DNA of 64,000 nucleotides from Octopus sinensis (Eukaryota). The notes beneath the pieces were generated by a model that was given only the letters and a program-made list of their open reading frames with translations, did not search any database and had not been told where the DNA came from. The stretch covers positions 79,236,001 to 79,300,000 of the forward strand of contig NC_043004.1 of NCBI RefSeq assembly GCF_006345805.1, read 5' to 3'. Positions 1 to 12,504 of the stretch are shown piece by piece (position 1 is the first letter of the stretch; every line of letters starts with the position of its first letter). The position numbers and the translations under genes are program-made.

Positions 1-479
1 CTTGCAATGATCTAGCGCCCAACTCCTTTTTAAATGTTCACACACGTAATATCAGACCAAAATACATCAGCCCGTGGTTTTAGCTTTGGCCAAACTCAGG
101 TACGTATTCTTTGTGCTTCGTATATACCCCTATAGCCCACTTTGCTTCCTACGCCCATAGAGGGTGGCATTGCCCATTTTGGGAAACACTGATCTAACCC
201 ATGCTGTCATGGAAAAACTGATGTAAAACGAACGAATGAATAGTGATGAAAGAGTACAAATTTTTAATGAGGGAAAATGGTAATATTGATAATATAAATC
301 TATTATAATGCTTGTATGTGTGTGCTTTTTTTTTCTTTCTTGTTGTTTGTGTTGCTCTTGAGTCTCAAGAATGCAGACGTATCCATCGTAAATACGTTTT
401 TTTTTAATCAAGAAGTTTGTAAAAACTGTGTTTTCAGTTGTCTAATTAAAAAGTGTTCTTTTATTTTTCCTGTTCAAAG

Positions 480-626
480 CCTGGTGAGAGAGGAGCTACT
501 GGTGAGCCTGGGCCTACAGGACCCCAAGGACCCCCTGGTATACCAGGAATGCCAGGACCTGCAGGTGTTACTGGACCAAGAGGACTTCGGGGACAAACAG
601 GAATGCCTGGCATGCCAGGACTACCG
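480..626 (+). CDS. FACIT (collagen IX-like) collagen, exon encoding the end of COL2 ([10 protein letters not shown]...GMPGLP); upstream exons lie outside the window
   Basis: Pro + 16 perfect Gly-X-Y triplets; pyrimidine tract and AAG acceptor at 477-479; GTTTGT donor at 627; 147 nt, phase 0/0, in frame with the next exon. Confidence 0.88.
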
Positions 627-963
627 GTTTGTCAGAAAATATTGTATTTATTTAACTATTTAATGCAATATTAACAATTACATTTCAACTTGCTTTTTCA
701 TCAATCATTTCTCAAATCATTCTTCAATCATTAACATCTGGAATGGCTTCTTTAATCATCATAATGATTTATATATTTTTTTCATAGATTATAGATTCCA
801 TTAAAAAATAAGCGATAAACACCGAGTAACGTATAAACTTTATTAAGCCTCGAGATATTAACATGAAAATATCATTGTCGAAAAACACTGACCTAGAATT
901 TGTCAATGTGCTAATTAATCGCTTAGCACTAATAATCTTATGATTCTTCTAAATCTCAGTTAA

Positions 964-2211
964 CCCTTTTCTTACCACATTTCTGTTGAAATAATACACT
1001 GCCTTTGTTTCAATCTATTAAAGTGCTAATGATAGATTCCTGTGGTGTAAAAACTCTGTCGCGATGTGGAGAAGAGATAGTAAAAGTATGTGTGCGTGTA
1101 TGTGTATGTGTGCGATAGAGAGAGGGGTGGGGAGATGGATTTAAATTAATGCTACAGTCGCGTACATACATACATGCGCACATATGAACGCTGTTGGTAC
1201 ACGCAAACATTCAAACACACAGATGACAAATAGGTGTGTGTGTGTGTATGTGTATGAGTGCGTGTGTGCGCGCGTGTGTATATGTGTAAGAGCAAAGGGT
1301 GTGAGTATATGCCTTCACGCCGAGGTCGACTTTGCCTTTCATCCTTTCAGGGTCGATAAGTTAAGTACCAGTTGCGTACTGGGATCGATCTAATCGACTA
1401 CCCCCACCTTCCCCCAAATTTCGGGTCTCGTACCTAGAGTAGAAAAGTATATGTTTACACGCCATTGACGTTTATATGTGTGAGAATGCGTTTGTGTGCC
1501 AATTCTATAATATCAAACACTTCTTAAATATTTTATTACCAAAACGCAGTTTGGTGTGTTACTGTGAACAGTGATCGTGGGGCACGACTGTGAGAGCTGA
1601 AACGAAGGAGGTAGGGAAAGATTAAGAGGAAGAGTGAAGACAAGAAATAGAAGTTAGGAATAAAGAGAAGAGAATTAAGAGTGATGAAAACGTATAAACT
1701 CAGAAGGAAAGGAATGGAATTAATAATGCAAGGAACGGAACTAGAAGGTGTCGTGTGATAAACAGCAAAGCTGAAGCTAAAAGGGAGAGAATGAGAAATA
1801 TAGAGAGAGAATGCAAAATATGAACGATGATGAGAGACAAGAATATTTTGTAGCAGCCAGAATAAGAAAACTGGTTAGAAGAAAAAATGTGATTGGTGAG
1901 AATTGACAAGATTTCTCAGAAATTAATCAAAAGATTATGAAAGATATAAAATGATATTATGACAGAGTGAGTGATATGCTTATGGCTGACACTCTACCAT
2001 AAACTGTAGCATGGTATTTCCATGGGTACTGCTAGTTAATTTTTGCAAATAGTAAAGAATTCAGTGTAGTAATTTTGCTGTTATTAAACTGGTGTTTGAA
2101 ACATAAATTAACAGGGAATTTTGATGGAAGTCTTTAATTAAAATCATATTAAAATGGGGAACTTATATTATAGAACTAGATTCAGTTTCGAGCAGATTGG
2201 TATCAAAAGGG
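964..2211. mobile_element. piggyBac-like MITE split by a ~1 kb insert (SINE + microsatellites)
   Basis: TTAA-CCCTTTTCTTACCA at 960-977 and TGGTATCAAAAGGG-ATAA at 2198-2215 form imperfect TIRs with a degenerate TTAA target. Confidence 0.45.
1318..1446 (+). mobile_element. tRNA-derived SINE family A, 5'-truncated
   Basis: GAGGTCGACTTTGCCTTTCATCCTTTC...TAAGTACCAG...ATCGACT core shared by >10 copies in the window. Confidence 0.75.
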
Positions 2212-2859
2212 ATAAAAAGATTAATTCTAAAATGTAATTCACAAATTCTTTACAATGTACCTCTTGAGACATCCCGAAACATTTCTGTAAGTTTTTCTTT
2301 TTCCACCTTCTTATCATTTTTTAGAATTTTTTTTACAATGTGGTTTTACTCTGATTCTTAAAAACATTCTCCAAAACTAATTCATTAATTAAACAATTTA
2401 CTTCTCAACAAGTTCTGCTTTATTTCAGTTATATTAAATTCTTAGGACTCATTAAAGCTATAAAGCAACTGACTAGCTCAAACTCTTCTGCTTTTTGTAA
2501 TAAAGGGTTTTTCTCCATAAACATTACATCCACTTTGAATTGGCTTAATCCTCTTCAATCTAACATTTACATAAGCACAATTGTCAACATCCTTGCATGC
2601 ACCCATACGCCTTATAAGCACAGGGATGTAAGCATTCAGATTTGCATTATATCTACTTAGACACAGTTTACTCTGTCACTGTAGGTGCAGTATGGGCAAA
2701 TAGTTAAGAAGTTAGTTCTAAAACCATGAGGTCTCAGTTCAATTCCACTGCATACATCTTGGGCAAATATCCTTTTCAACAGCCTTGGATCAATCCATAT
2801 TTTGTATGTGAAACTGGCTTGGTAGAAACTGTAGAGAATCCCCTGTGATTCAGAAAGTA

Positions 2860-3270
2860 CCCCCTTGTCAGGCATATTATGCCATGCTGATTCAGCCTGA
2901 GGATTACTTTAAGGGTACACGTAAAAGACACTTGTGCTAGCCCCACATAAAAAAGCACTTGTGCTGGTGCCACACAAAAAAGCACTTGTGCTAGCCCCAC
3001 ATAAAAAAGCACTTGTGCTGGTGCCACATAAAAAAGCTCTTGTGCTGGTGCCACATAAAAAAGCTCTTGTGCTGGTGCCACATATAAAGTGCCCAGTACA
3101 CTCTGTAAAGTGGTTAGCATCAGGAAGAGCATCCAATCATAGAAACCATACTGGAACAGACAATTGGAGCCTGGTGTGGCTCCTGGGCTTGCCAGCTCTT
3201 GTCAAACCATCCAATCCATGCCAACTTGGAAAATGGATATTAAATGATGATAATGATTATGATGATGATG
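2860..3270 (+). mobile_element. RTE-LINE 3'-UTR-type repeat (family C) with 5 x 27-bp tandem units at ~2930-3080
   Basis: Unit cacttgtgctggtgccacataaaaaag; ends in ccaacccatgcc...ttaaatgatgat tail as at 56060-56455. Confidence 0.75.
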
Positions 3271-3669
3271 TACATATGTCTGTGGTATACTTAGCCACTT
3301 ATTTGTTAATTCAAGAGCAGATGGTTCAGTTGATCAGACAACTGGATCTTCGTTGCAGAATGACAGAGATCCACCATCACTGTTCTCCTTTGTGATTTTA
3401 TATTTGAATATATTTGAATATATTTGCATAAATAAATTTAGAAATAAACAAACAGATAAACATTTAAAGTCATAAAAACATTTTAAAAAAAGAAATTGAT
3501 ATACAAGCAAAAGAGAAACTGTTTTTTTTTTTTTTTAAGTATCTCATGTTTAAATGTGAAGGAATGAGATATAAACAGACTTTGGTAAAACTAAAAGAAA
3601 GAAAAACTCTCAAAAAGCCATTGAAACCAACAGTGTCTTCAACAAAATTGACATTTCCTTCTCTTTCAG

Positions 3670-3724
3670 GGTCGAAGCATTGCAGAAAATGAGATACGTC
3701 AACTTGTTTACCGAATTCTAAGAG
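3670..3724 (+). CDS. FACIT collagen, NC2 exon (GRSIAENEIRQLVYRILR-E)
   Basis: ctctttcag acceptor, GTGAGC donor, 55 nt, phase 0/1; resembles collagen IX NC2 (e.g. GKEASEQRIRELC in alpha3). Confidence 0.9.
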
Positions 3725-4239
3725 GTGAGCAATTAAAAGACAATTATTTTAATGTCATAAGGAAACTTACCATAATTTCATCTCTGGTTATCTTCTTTAG
3801 AACATCTATTTATATATTTATTTATATATCAATTTACTAATTTGTTTTGAAATTTTCCTAAGGTCAAATTAATTATGTATTTCAAAAACTGCATTTTCTA
3901 AATTTTTGCTTTCTAAAAATATTTCAAATTTAGACTTTCATTTCATTTTGTTGCCTGAAGGATTAGATTAAAATCATAACTCAAGTTTTGTGCCCTAATG
4001 CCCTCACTACTATTAAAATAACTAATTGCAATATAAATAATTGGATTAATAATGAGCCAAAATAAGGCACATCACTTCTAGGAATCAGCCAAAAATTGAT
4101 AAAACAGTTGGTCAGGACATTTTTGACTCAAATTCTAGGACTTGTAGGACTGGTTACCTGGTTTCCGTGACATACAAGTGACTGACATCACAACATTCCC
4201 CTGGATTGGGTCCCAGTCGGTCACAAGGTTACTCATATA

Positions 4240-4450
4240 CTTTTGTACTCTTTTACTTGTTTCAGTCATTTGACTGCAGCAATGCTGGAGCAGCGCCTTT
4301 AGTCAAGCAAATCGACCCCAGGACTTATTCTTTGTAAGCCTAGTACTTATTCTATCGGTGTCTTTTGCCGTACCGCTAAATTATGGGGACATAAACACAC
4401 CAGCATCAGTTGTCAAGTGATGATGGGGGGGTCAAACACAAACACACACA
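4240..4450 (-). mobile_element. SINE family B, 3' half
   Basis: tactcttttacttgtttcagtcatttgactgc...gacttattctttgtaagcctagtac is the reverse complement of the family B tail. Confidence 0.75.
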
Positions 4451-4663
4451 TCTTTTTTTACTCATATATAGAGTATTGTGAAATGAAGTATTTTGTTTAA
4501 GGACACAAATGCTTGGTCTGGGGAGTGCAAGGAATGCAGGGTCAGTATCATCAAGAAAGAATTAGATAGTTGAAAAGAACAAATAGCATGGTACTGTAGG
4601 CTGTGGGTAGCAAGCCAAGTGAAGGGGTTCCAACAAAACCTTAATAAAAGAAATAATATATGT

Positions 4664-4771
<108 letters not shown>

Positions 4772-5014
4772 GTATGTATATATGTGTACATAAATATATA
4801 TACGTGATATACTAGGGTCAATTTGGTCAATTAAAACCTTTCAAAGCGGTGCCCCATTATGGCCACAGTTCAATGACTGAAAAAAGTAAATGACAAAGAA
4901 TGTATCAATCTAAGGAATGTATGACATGTCAATTATATTATGTTAATTATATTAATTATATTATGTTAATTACATATTTTCTATGGAAATAAACAATTAT
5001 TCATTAAATTACAG

Positions 5015-5116
5015 AACGTCTTGAAGACTTAACAGCTGATCTTAAAGGACCCCCAGGACCAATGGGTGTAGGGAAAAGAGGTCGACCAGGTCCACCTGGA
5101 TTGATGGGTACCCCAG
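5015..5116 (+). CDS. FACIT collagen, end of NC2 and start of COL1 (ERLEDLTADLKGPPGPMGVGKRGRPGPPGLMGTPG)
   Basis: ttacag acceptor, GTAAGA donor, 102 nt, phase 1/1, Gly-X-Y with one G-V-G imperfection. Confidence 0.93.
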
Positions 5117-5261
5117 GTAAGATGTTACATATTTACGATTTATGATTTTGTGTGTAGAAAACTCTTTTATCATTAAAAAATGCATTCTTTTCCGAATTTG
5201 CAATGAGTAAGATCTATTATTAAATTAAATAAGTTTAATTTTTCCATTGAAATGTTTTTAG

Positions 5262-5351
5262 GTGAACGTGGTGCTCCTGGACCCCCAGGTGAACGAGGAT
5301 TTGTAGGAATCCCAGGTCTTCAAGGGCCCATGGGTACATTAGGGCGTGCTG
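5262..5351 (+). CDS. FACIT collagen, COL1 exon (GERGAPGPPGERGFVGIPGLQGPMGTLGRAG)
   Basis: tttttag acceptor, GTAAGA donor, 90 nt, phase 1/1, 10 perfect triplets. Confidence 0.95.
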
Positions 5352-5409
5352 GTAAGAAATGAAAATCTAAATTTAATTTCATCAAGAAAGATGTTCAAAA
5401 AAATACATC

Positions 5410-5469
<60 letters not shown>

Positions 5470-5622
5470 TTCTGTATGTCTCTCTTACACTCTCCCTCTA
5501 TACCCTTCTCTCCTTTCCTCTCCTCCTCACCCCTCTCTCTTACACACATACATCTAATCTTATCGCTTCCTGTCTGAATTATTTCTTTATTTGTATCATT
5601 TACATAAACCTATCTCTTTCAG

Positions 5623-5700
5623 GTCCCAGGGGAGAAAAGGGTGACAGAGGTCTTACTGGCACTGGTAGAATTGGCAAACCTGGTTTAAGAGGAAGAACAG
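5623..5700 (+). CDS. FACIT collagen, COL1 exon (GPRGEKGDRGLTGTGRIGKPGLRGRTG)
   Basis: ctctttcag acceptor, GTAGAG donor, 78 nt, phase 1/1, G-T-G imperfection. Confidence 0.93.
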
Positions 5701-5914
5701 GTAGAGTGTGGAATTCTTTTTTTGACAGTTTTAGTCACAATTTTTATAAAAATTTATTCAAAATACGATTTTCGAGTCAGTTTTAAGTTTTTTATTTAAA
5801 TTTTGTTAAATTTTGTTTTTCTTTTTGCTTTGTGAAATTCCTTCATCTCTGTTGCAACAACAGGCTTTCTTGAATATCCAAAATTAGAAATTTTAATTAG
5901 TAAAATTCATTAAT

Positions 5915-6160
5915 AGGCACAGGAGTTGCTGTGTTAAGTAACTTGCTTACCAACCACATGGTTCTGGGTTTAATCCCACTGCATGGCACCTTGGCAAGTG
6001 TCTTCTACTATAGCCTTGGGCTGAACAAAGCCTTGTGAGTGGATTTGGTAGATGGAAACTGAAAGAAGCCCATTGTGTGTGTGTGTGTCTCACCACCGGT
6101 GCTGGTTTGTCTACATCTTTGTAACTTACCAGTTTGGCAATAGAGACTGATAGAATAAAG
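5915..6160 (+). mobile_element. SINE family B (tRNA-like head + CCTTGGGCAAGTGTCTTCTACTATAGCC core) in a collagen intron
   Basis: A/B-box-like head and shared core. Confidence 0.75.
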
Positions 6161-6178
6161 ACCACGCGAATAAAGATA

Positions 6179-6598
6179 AGGTGGCAAGCTGGCAGAAACG
6201 TTAGCATGTCAGGCAAAATGCTTAGCGGTATTCCGTCTGCCACTACATTCTGAGTTCAAATTCCATCGAGGTCGACTTTGCCTTTCATCCTTTCGGGATT
6301 GATTAAATAAGTACCAGTTACGCACTGGGGTTGATATAATCGACTTAATCCATTTGTCTGTCCTTGTTTGTCCTCTCTGTGTTTAGTCCCTCGTGGGTAG
6401 TAAAGAAATAGGCATTTCATCTGCCATTACATTCTGAGTTCAAATTCCACCGAGGTCGGCTTTGCCTTTCATCCTTTCAGGGTCGATAAATTAAGTACCA
6501 GTCGTGCACTGGGGTCTATGTAATCGACTTAATCCGTTTATTTGTCCTTGTTTGTCCCCTCTGTGTTTAGCCCCTTGTGGGTAATAAAGAAATAATAA
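6179..6598 (+). mobile_element. Two tandem SINE family A copies (full + 5'-truncated) in a collagen intron
   Basis: Core repeated at ~6240-6410 and ~6420-6598. Confidence 0.8.
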
Positions 6599-6919
6599 TA
6601 AAGACCAGGCTTAAAAAGAAAAGTATTGAGGTGGATTCGTTCTACTAAAAACTCCTCCAAGTAAAAGATAAAAAATAAGTTTGTTGAAATATTTAAAGAA
6701 GGATTTTGCTGGAATTCAAAGGAGAAACTGGATGATGAAGCAAAACCTTTATGTATGATTAATAGCCAAGTATTTCATTTTTATATTTGATTTGCAAGAT
6801 TCTTGATGTGAACTTGTATGTTGAAACAGGTTTTGTTGTATCTTGGGAGGGTCAGTATGCCAATAATATACACATAATGGTTCTATTTCACTTCCTTTGT
6901 CAGTAGTAGTAGTAGTAGA

Positions 6920-7095
6920 TGGTGAGCTGGCAGAATCAGATGTTTACATTCTGAGTTCAAATCCTGCCAAAGTCGACTTTGCTGTTCATCCTTTCAAGAT
7001 TGATAAAAATTACCACTCAAATACTGGTGAAGATGTAATCAATGAACCCCAACCCCCTAAAATTGCTGGCCAGGCCTTGTGTCAAAAAATAGAAT
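6920..7095 (+). mobile_element. SINE family A, diverged
   Basis: ggtgagctggcagaatc head and gtcgactttgc core. Confidence 0.7.
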
Positions 7096-7158
7096 TATTA
7101 AAGGAATATATTTTATTAAAATTAAAAGAATTTTTTGTTTTCTGTTTTGTTTTCCTAG

Positions 7159-7355
7159 GTCCTCCTGGACCAGTTGGTCCTTCCGGTGTTGGTCGCCCTG
7201 GAGAAAGAGGTTTACATGGACCTCCAGGATCTCAAGGTCATAGAGGAGCCCCAGGTCTGCCTGGTCCTCCTGGATATTGTGAATATTGTAACTTTGCTGC
7301 ATCAGGCCCTGAATATTTCCCATTAAATAGAAGGAATGCTATCAAGGGACCTTGA
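7159..7355 (+). CDS. FACIT collagen, terminal exon: end of COL1 + NC1 (GPPGYCEYCNFAASGPEYFPLNRRNAIKGP*)
   Basis: tttcctag acceptor, G-V-G imperfection, two Cys at the COL1/NC1 junction, C-terminal IKGP as in collagen IX alpha2/XXII, TGA at 7353-7355. Confidence 0.95.
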
Positions 7356-7876
7356 AAATGACATAAACTTTTCACTTTGCTCTCAGAACACTATTGCACC
7401 TGTAGCCACATATGACCACCACCTCCAGCACCCCCTACTTCTCTCCTCTTTAACCGCCGTCGTCATATTCTTTCTTTCACATTTCCCTATTTCTCCTAAT
7501 TTTCTACATATCTAAAACTTCTTATTTTCACCAAAATTCTCTAGAATGGATAAGTATATATTTGGGAAGTTATGCCATTGAATTATGGTAGATTAACATA
7601 ATCCTCCATATCATATCATCAGGGATTAATGGATAAATAATTCCTTCCATATTAAGGTTCATTTATTTGGAGTTTAAGGATTAAGGGAGCTAAAAGTGAA
7701 TGACATTAATTAATAGGGAAAATGCTGTGTTTATTAATTTATATCATGTGTGCTATGTGGCTGTTATGGTTCCTGTTATAAGTAAAATAGTTAATTTGTA
7801 TGTTGTTCTAATCATCATGACAGTGTGGAGAAGTCATCTGTTCACACACTGGAAACTAAATCATAAATCAAATAAG

Positions 7877-7879
<3 letters not shown>

Positions 7880-7951
<72 letters not shown>

Positions 7952-8026
7952 ATATATATATAAGTATATATATATATATGTGTGTGTATATATATATGTG
8001 CATATACATATATGTATATATATGTG

Positions 8027-8059
<33 letters not shown>

Positions 8060-8260
8060 GTATAAATATATGTATCTCTGTATATATATATATAAATATA
8101 TGTGTTTGTATATATATATATATATATATATACATTCATACACACACATACACACACACACACACATATATATATGCATATATAAATATATATATATATT
8201 CATACACACACACGCACGTGTGTGTGTTGTATGTCTGTAAACATATATATATATGTATGT
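7880..8260. repeat. Compound (TA)n/(TG)n/(CA)n microsatellite
   Basis: Directly visible; source of the IYIY/VCVC ORFs. Confidence 0.95.
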
Positions 8261-8431
8261 ATATATTCTGGTTCTTAGAAATCAAAGGAATGAAAGATGG
8301 AAAAAAATTAGAAATAGTATAATTTTTTATCTAGCAGATAGCATTTCAGAAACCGTCCAAATATATATGAAATAATCTCTGGTTGTCTTCCACATATATA
8401 TATATATAATATATATATATATATATACATA

Positions 8432-8466
<35 letters not shown>

Positions 8467-8899
8467 GCTTCCTTATATGTGCACAATTATTTGTGCATTC
8501 ATGAATAGTGCACAATATTTGTTGTATTATTCAAGAAAAAAATCCATCATATCATAAATGGAAAAAAAATCAATTAAAATTGATCTTTTGCAACATCTTA
8601 TAACAGTAAAATCAATACCAAAGTCATTAGGCTACTAGGTTCCAATAAATATATATATATACACAGCTACCATGAACAGCAGATATTTAGGATGTGCTGT
8701 GTCATTCAATCAAGTATCTGCATATTATAAGTCCTGCTCAATCACAGCAAAGTTTACACAACAGAGTACATACATACATACATGCATATATATATATATA
8801 TATATAAAACATATATATATATTTATAGCTGCCATAAAAGTAAGCTCTCCATTGTTGTTGTTGTTCTTCTTCTTCTTCTCATTATTATTATTATAATTA

Positions 8900-9105
8900 T
8901 GGCTAACAGAATCGTGAGCATGCTAAGCAAAATGCTTAGCAGTATTCTGTCCATCTTTACAGTCTGAATTTCAATTCCACCAAGGTCAACTTCGCCTTCT
9001 GTTCTTTTGGAATTGGTAAAATAAGTACCAGCTGAGCCACTTGGGATGATGTAATCGACTTACCTGCTCCCCCAGCTTACCGGCCTTGTGCCAAAATTTG
9101 AAATT
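8900..9105 (+). mobile_element. SINE family A with (ATT)n tail
   Basis: Head, core and attatt tail. Confidence 0.7.
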
Positions 9106-11025
9106 ATTATTATTATTATTATTATTATTATCATCATCATCATCATTATTACCATTTGATGCAATTTAAAAATTTATATATTTCGCTTGAATTTTGTCTA
9201 AAAATTATCTGCTATCATGGAACAAGTTTCGTTGAAGACAGCAATGAGAAAGTGAATGTTTAATTTTTAAATACACATTGCTTCCTAGAACCTGCTTGAT
9301 TTAATCTAGTTTTGGTGAGGTCTCTTTTTCTCTTTTTTGTCTGCTTTTTTCTTTCTTCCTTTCTTTATTTAAACTACCTTCACTATATATTACTTTTTAT
9401 TCTATTTTTATTCAACTACAGACACACACACACTCACACACATATATAAAAATTAAGGATATCTACCAGACTTGTACTTACATTATTAACTATGTATTAT
9501 ATGCTTACAGACATAAGTGAATTAATTCTGATACCCTGAAATATAGATACACAGTTATTCACATGGCAATTTGTAGACCTGTGGAGCTAGACGTCCTTGG
9601 TTGGTATCTAGATTGGTTGCTAACTTATTCTATATCATGAGTTGTTACTAACTTACTAGACTGAGTTGTGACTTATATATATATCTACATTGCTTGGTAA
9701 GTTACTAGCATCTAGTTTGGTTGGTAATTTTCAGACGTTTAGAGTAGTTGAAAAGCTTATATCTAAATTGGTTGGTTAATAATAAAAGAAATATATAGAT
9801 ATATCAAAAATTTGAAATTTTATATACGTGTACCGAAATTTATATGTATATTTATCCATGGGTACCTATAAAAGAACTGATGAAGGAATCGTATAATGTG
9901 TATCTAAATTTATGTAAATATTTATAATGGATGCCTATGTGAGAATTGATGTAACGAATTTATGACAAATGTTCAGGACATTTGAAGAATAGTAAACAAA
10001 GATCATACGAGTATTTATATTTTGGTATCATAGTTCCTTTTGTGTGCATGCTAAAAGCAAGGTACATGAACAAAGGCCACAGCCGTTGCCATGGGTACAA
10101 AATATGAGGGCACGCTTTTGCATTTGTTGCAGCTTCCATAGTTCTTGGGATTGGAGACAAAACTATGGAAAAGGTTTTGGTATCATCTCTTTCTATTATT
10201 TCTTGGCTTTTACTCTCTTTTAGCTTATTTTTATCACAATATCCACCACCACCACCACCACCACTATTACCGCTATCACTATCTTTACTAAAACTGCTGT
10301 TGGCTGTCGCTATTAACAAATCAAGCATATGCTACAGGTCACGGGGTTTTTGTTATTATCAAGGTCTCTTATGGTACCATATCCTTCTGGTACCATATCT
10401 TTTATGGTACCACATCTTTCTGGTCTGGTTCGTTAACCTATTAAACACTTGATTAAAATTTAAAAAAAAAAAACATTTGTAGAAAAATAAGAAATATTAC
10501 ATTTCTTATATATTAAACTATAACCAAATAAAAAAGTAAATAAAAAAAAACAAGGGAAATATTTAAGATCTCACCACCATGCAGCACCCAGGAACCAGTT
10601 CCAGTTCTTCAAAGACCAGCACCATCAACAGTCACAGACAACAAGGAAGGGAGACAACAAGCAGCAAAACAGATTGGACACCTTACCATAATGTATTCCA
10701 GTTTTCTTACTTTCAATTTTGATTTCTTTGATTATAATTAGTTTTTATAAAATTTGTTTTAAATTTTCAATTTTCATATAAGCATAATTTTTATCCATAA
10801 TTATATTTTACTCTCAAATTCTTCCCTGTTTATATTCTGCTTAACAAATGAAAATTTAAAACAAACAAGAAGGAAAGATAATCTTTGGAAAAAGAAAGCT
10901 CTTTTCTCATTGAATTATAAAATAAAACCTAATGTGTATATATATATATATATATATGAATTTTTTGCGTAATGGGATAAAAAAAACCAAGGCTGTATAG
11001 ATATTAGAGCATTTATAGATAGAAG

Positions 11026-11080
11026 GTCTTACAGCTGTTTCTAGAATATTAATTAATAATAATATCCCTTCATCAGAGAC
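11026..11080 (-). ncRNA. Minimal type I hammerhead ribozyme motif in a Penelope-type terminus (~10960-11480)
   Basis: GTCT-CTGATGA-stem II-GAAA-CAGCTG-TA-AGAC: stem I 4 bp, palindromic stem III, GUA cleavage triplet. Confidence 0.75.
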
Positions 11081-11319
11081 GGTGTGAGAGGAAAAGTTAA
11101 GTCATAGTTAGTTTCGATGTGATATAAATAGAGGGTGAGGTGGAGGAAAGAAAATAGATGTAAGATATGTATGGTTATTGAGTTCATAAATCCGTGTTAT
11201 AGGCATAATGGTATATATGTGTATTATTCCAATATTCTTTGAGTAAAATCCAAAAGTCCAACAGAGTTTAATATGAGTCCATCCAAATGTAATATGGCAA
11301 GCTGGAAGGCAACACCAGA

Positions 11320-11399
<80 letters not shown>

Positions 11400-11494
11400 T
11401 AAAAACGGTAAGATAACAAAAGAAACAAAGAGACCTCAATATTATGTAAATAGAGGAAATTTATCTGTAAAATAATATGTGACAGTTATTTAAT

Positions 11495-11731
11495 AGTCAA
11501 GATAAAACGTTGCTTTTTCAAAAAACGGGAAAATAGTTTCACCATTCCATAGCAAAATCGTTATACTACACTTCGACAATTTTTGATATCTCGGCATCTG
11601 AAGAAGCTGGAGATACGATAGTTTCATCAAAAGACACCGGCAAACAAAAATAAATATTTAAAAAAATCTTTCGGCATCCGAAACTCAGAGTTTTATCTTG
11701 GCTATTGAATAATTGTCACATATTATTTTAC

Positions 11732-11770
<39 letters not shown>

Positions 11771-12440
11771 TCTGGTGTAGCCTTCCAGCTTGCCAGTTCT
11801 GGTCAAACCGTCTAACCCATGCCAGCATAGACAACGGACGTTAAATGTTGATTATGATGATGTACACATACCTGTTTACATATTTTTTCCAGCCTGGTAT
11901 CCAATATGAACATTCAGCTGATATTGTTTACTGATTTTTAATGAGGAAGCTGAGCCTTCCAGACTGTTTAGTGTTGCTTCATCTGGTATCTGATACTGAT
12001 AAGAGTATAAAGAGCTCGAAATGCATCTACCAGTCTATAGGGAGAGCTTTGAACTGATTCTAGTGTTTCGACACCTTTTGTCGAAACCAAAACTTTTTCG
12101 TCATGGAAAGCCATATTGAAAATGTCTCTTTGTAGGTCAAATATGTCGCAAACATATTTGACATGATCTAAAGTTTGTTTATTTTATAACACTGCTTTGC
12201 ACACCACTCATATTTCGTTGCTATTATGTTAAACTGCCATATGTCCAAATTTGGGCAAATGCGTTTTTTTTTTTTAATATTTATTTTTGTTTGCTATTGC
12301 CGGTGTCTTTTGATGAAACTATCGTATCTCCGGCTTCTTCAGATGCCGAGATATCAAACATTTTCAAAGTGTAGTATAACGATTTTGCTATGGAATGGTG
12401 AAACTATTTTTCCGTTTTTTGAAAAAGCAACGTTTTGACT
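11495..12440. mobile_element. Long-TIR (foldback/MULE-like) element or two inverted MITE copies
   Basis: ~11504-11670 is the reverse complement of ~12265-12436 (aaaacgttgctttttcaaaaaacgg...gacaccggcaa). Confidence 0.7.
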
Positions 12441-12457
12441 TTGCATAATAGCAACGA

Positions 12458-12504
<47 letters not shown>

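Noticed and set aside
2930-3080. 27-bp repeats resembling a CRISPR array (also the 165-bp repeats at 32890)
   Set aside because: Contiguous tandem units without unique spacers, no cas genes, eukaryotic context
5346-5786. 146-aa ORF with a collagen core and the N-terminus of ORF 6897-7355
   Set aside because: Only 5623-5700 and 7159-7355 are exonic; the rest is intron ((CT)n, SINE) read through in frame
10165-10452. Hydrophobic + strand ORF with poly-Pro
   Set aside because: Centred on a (CCA)n repeat; no splice context or recognisable domain
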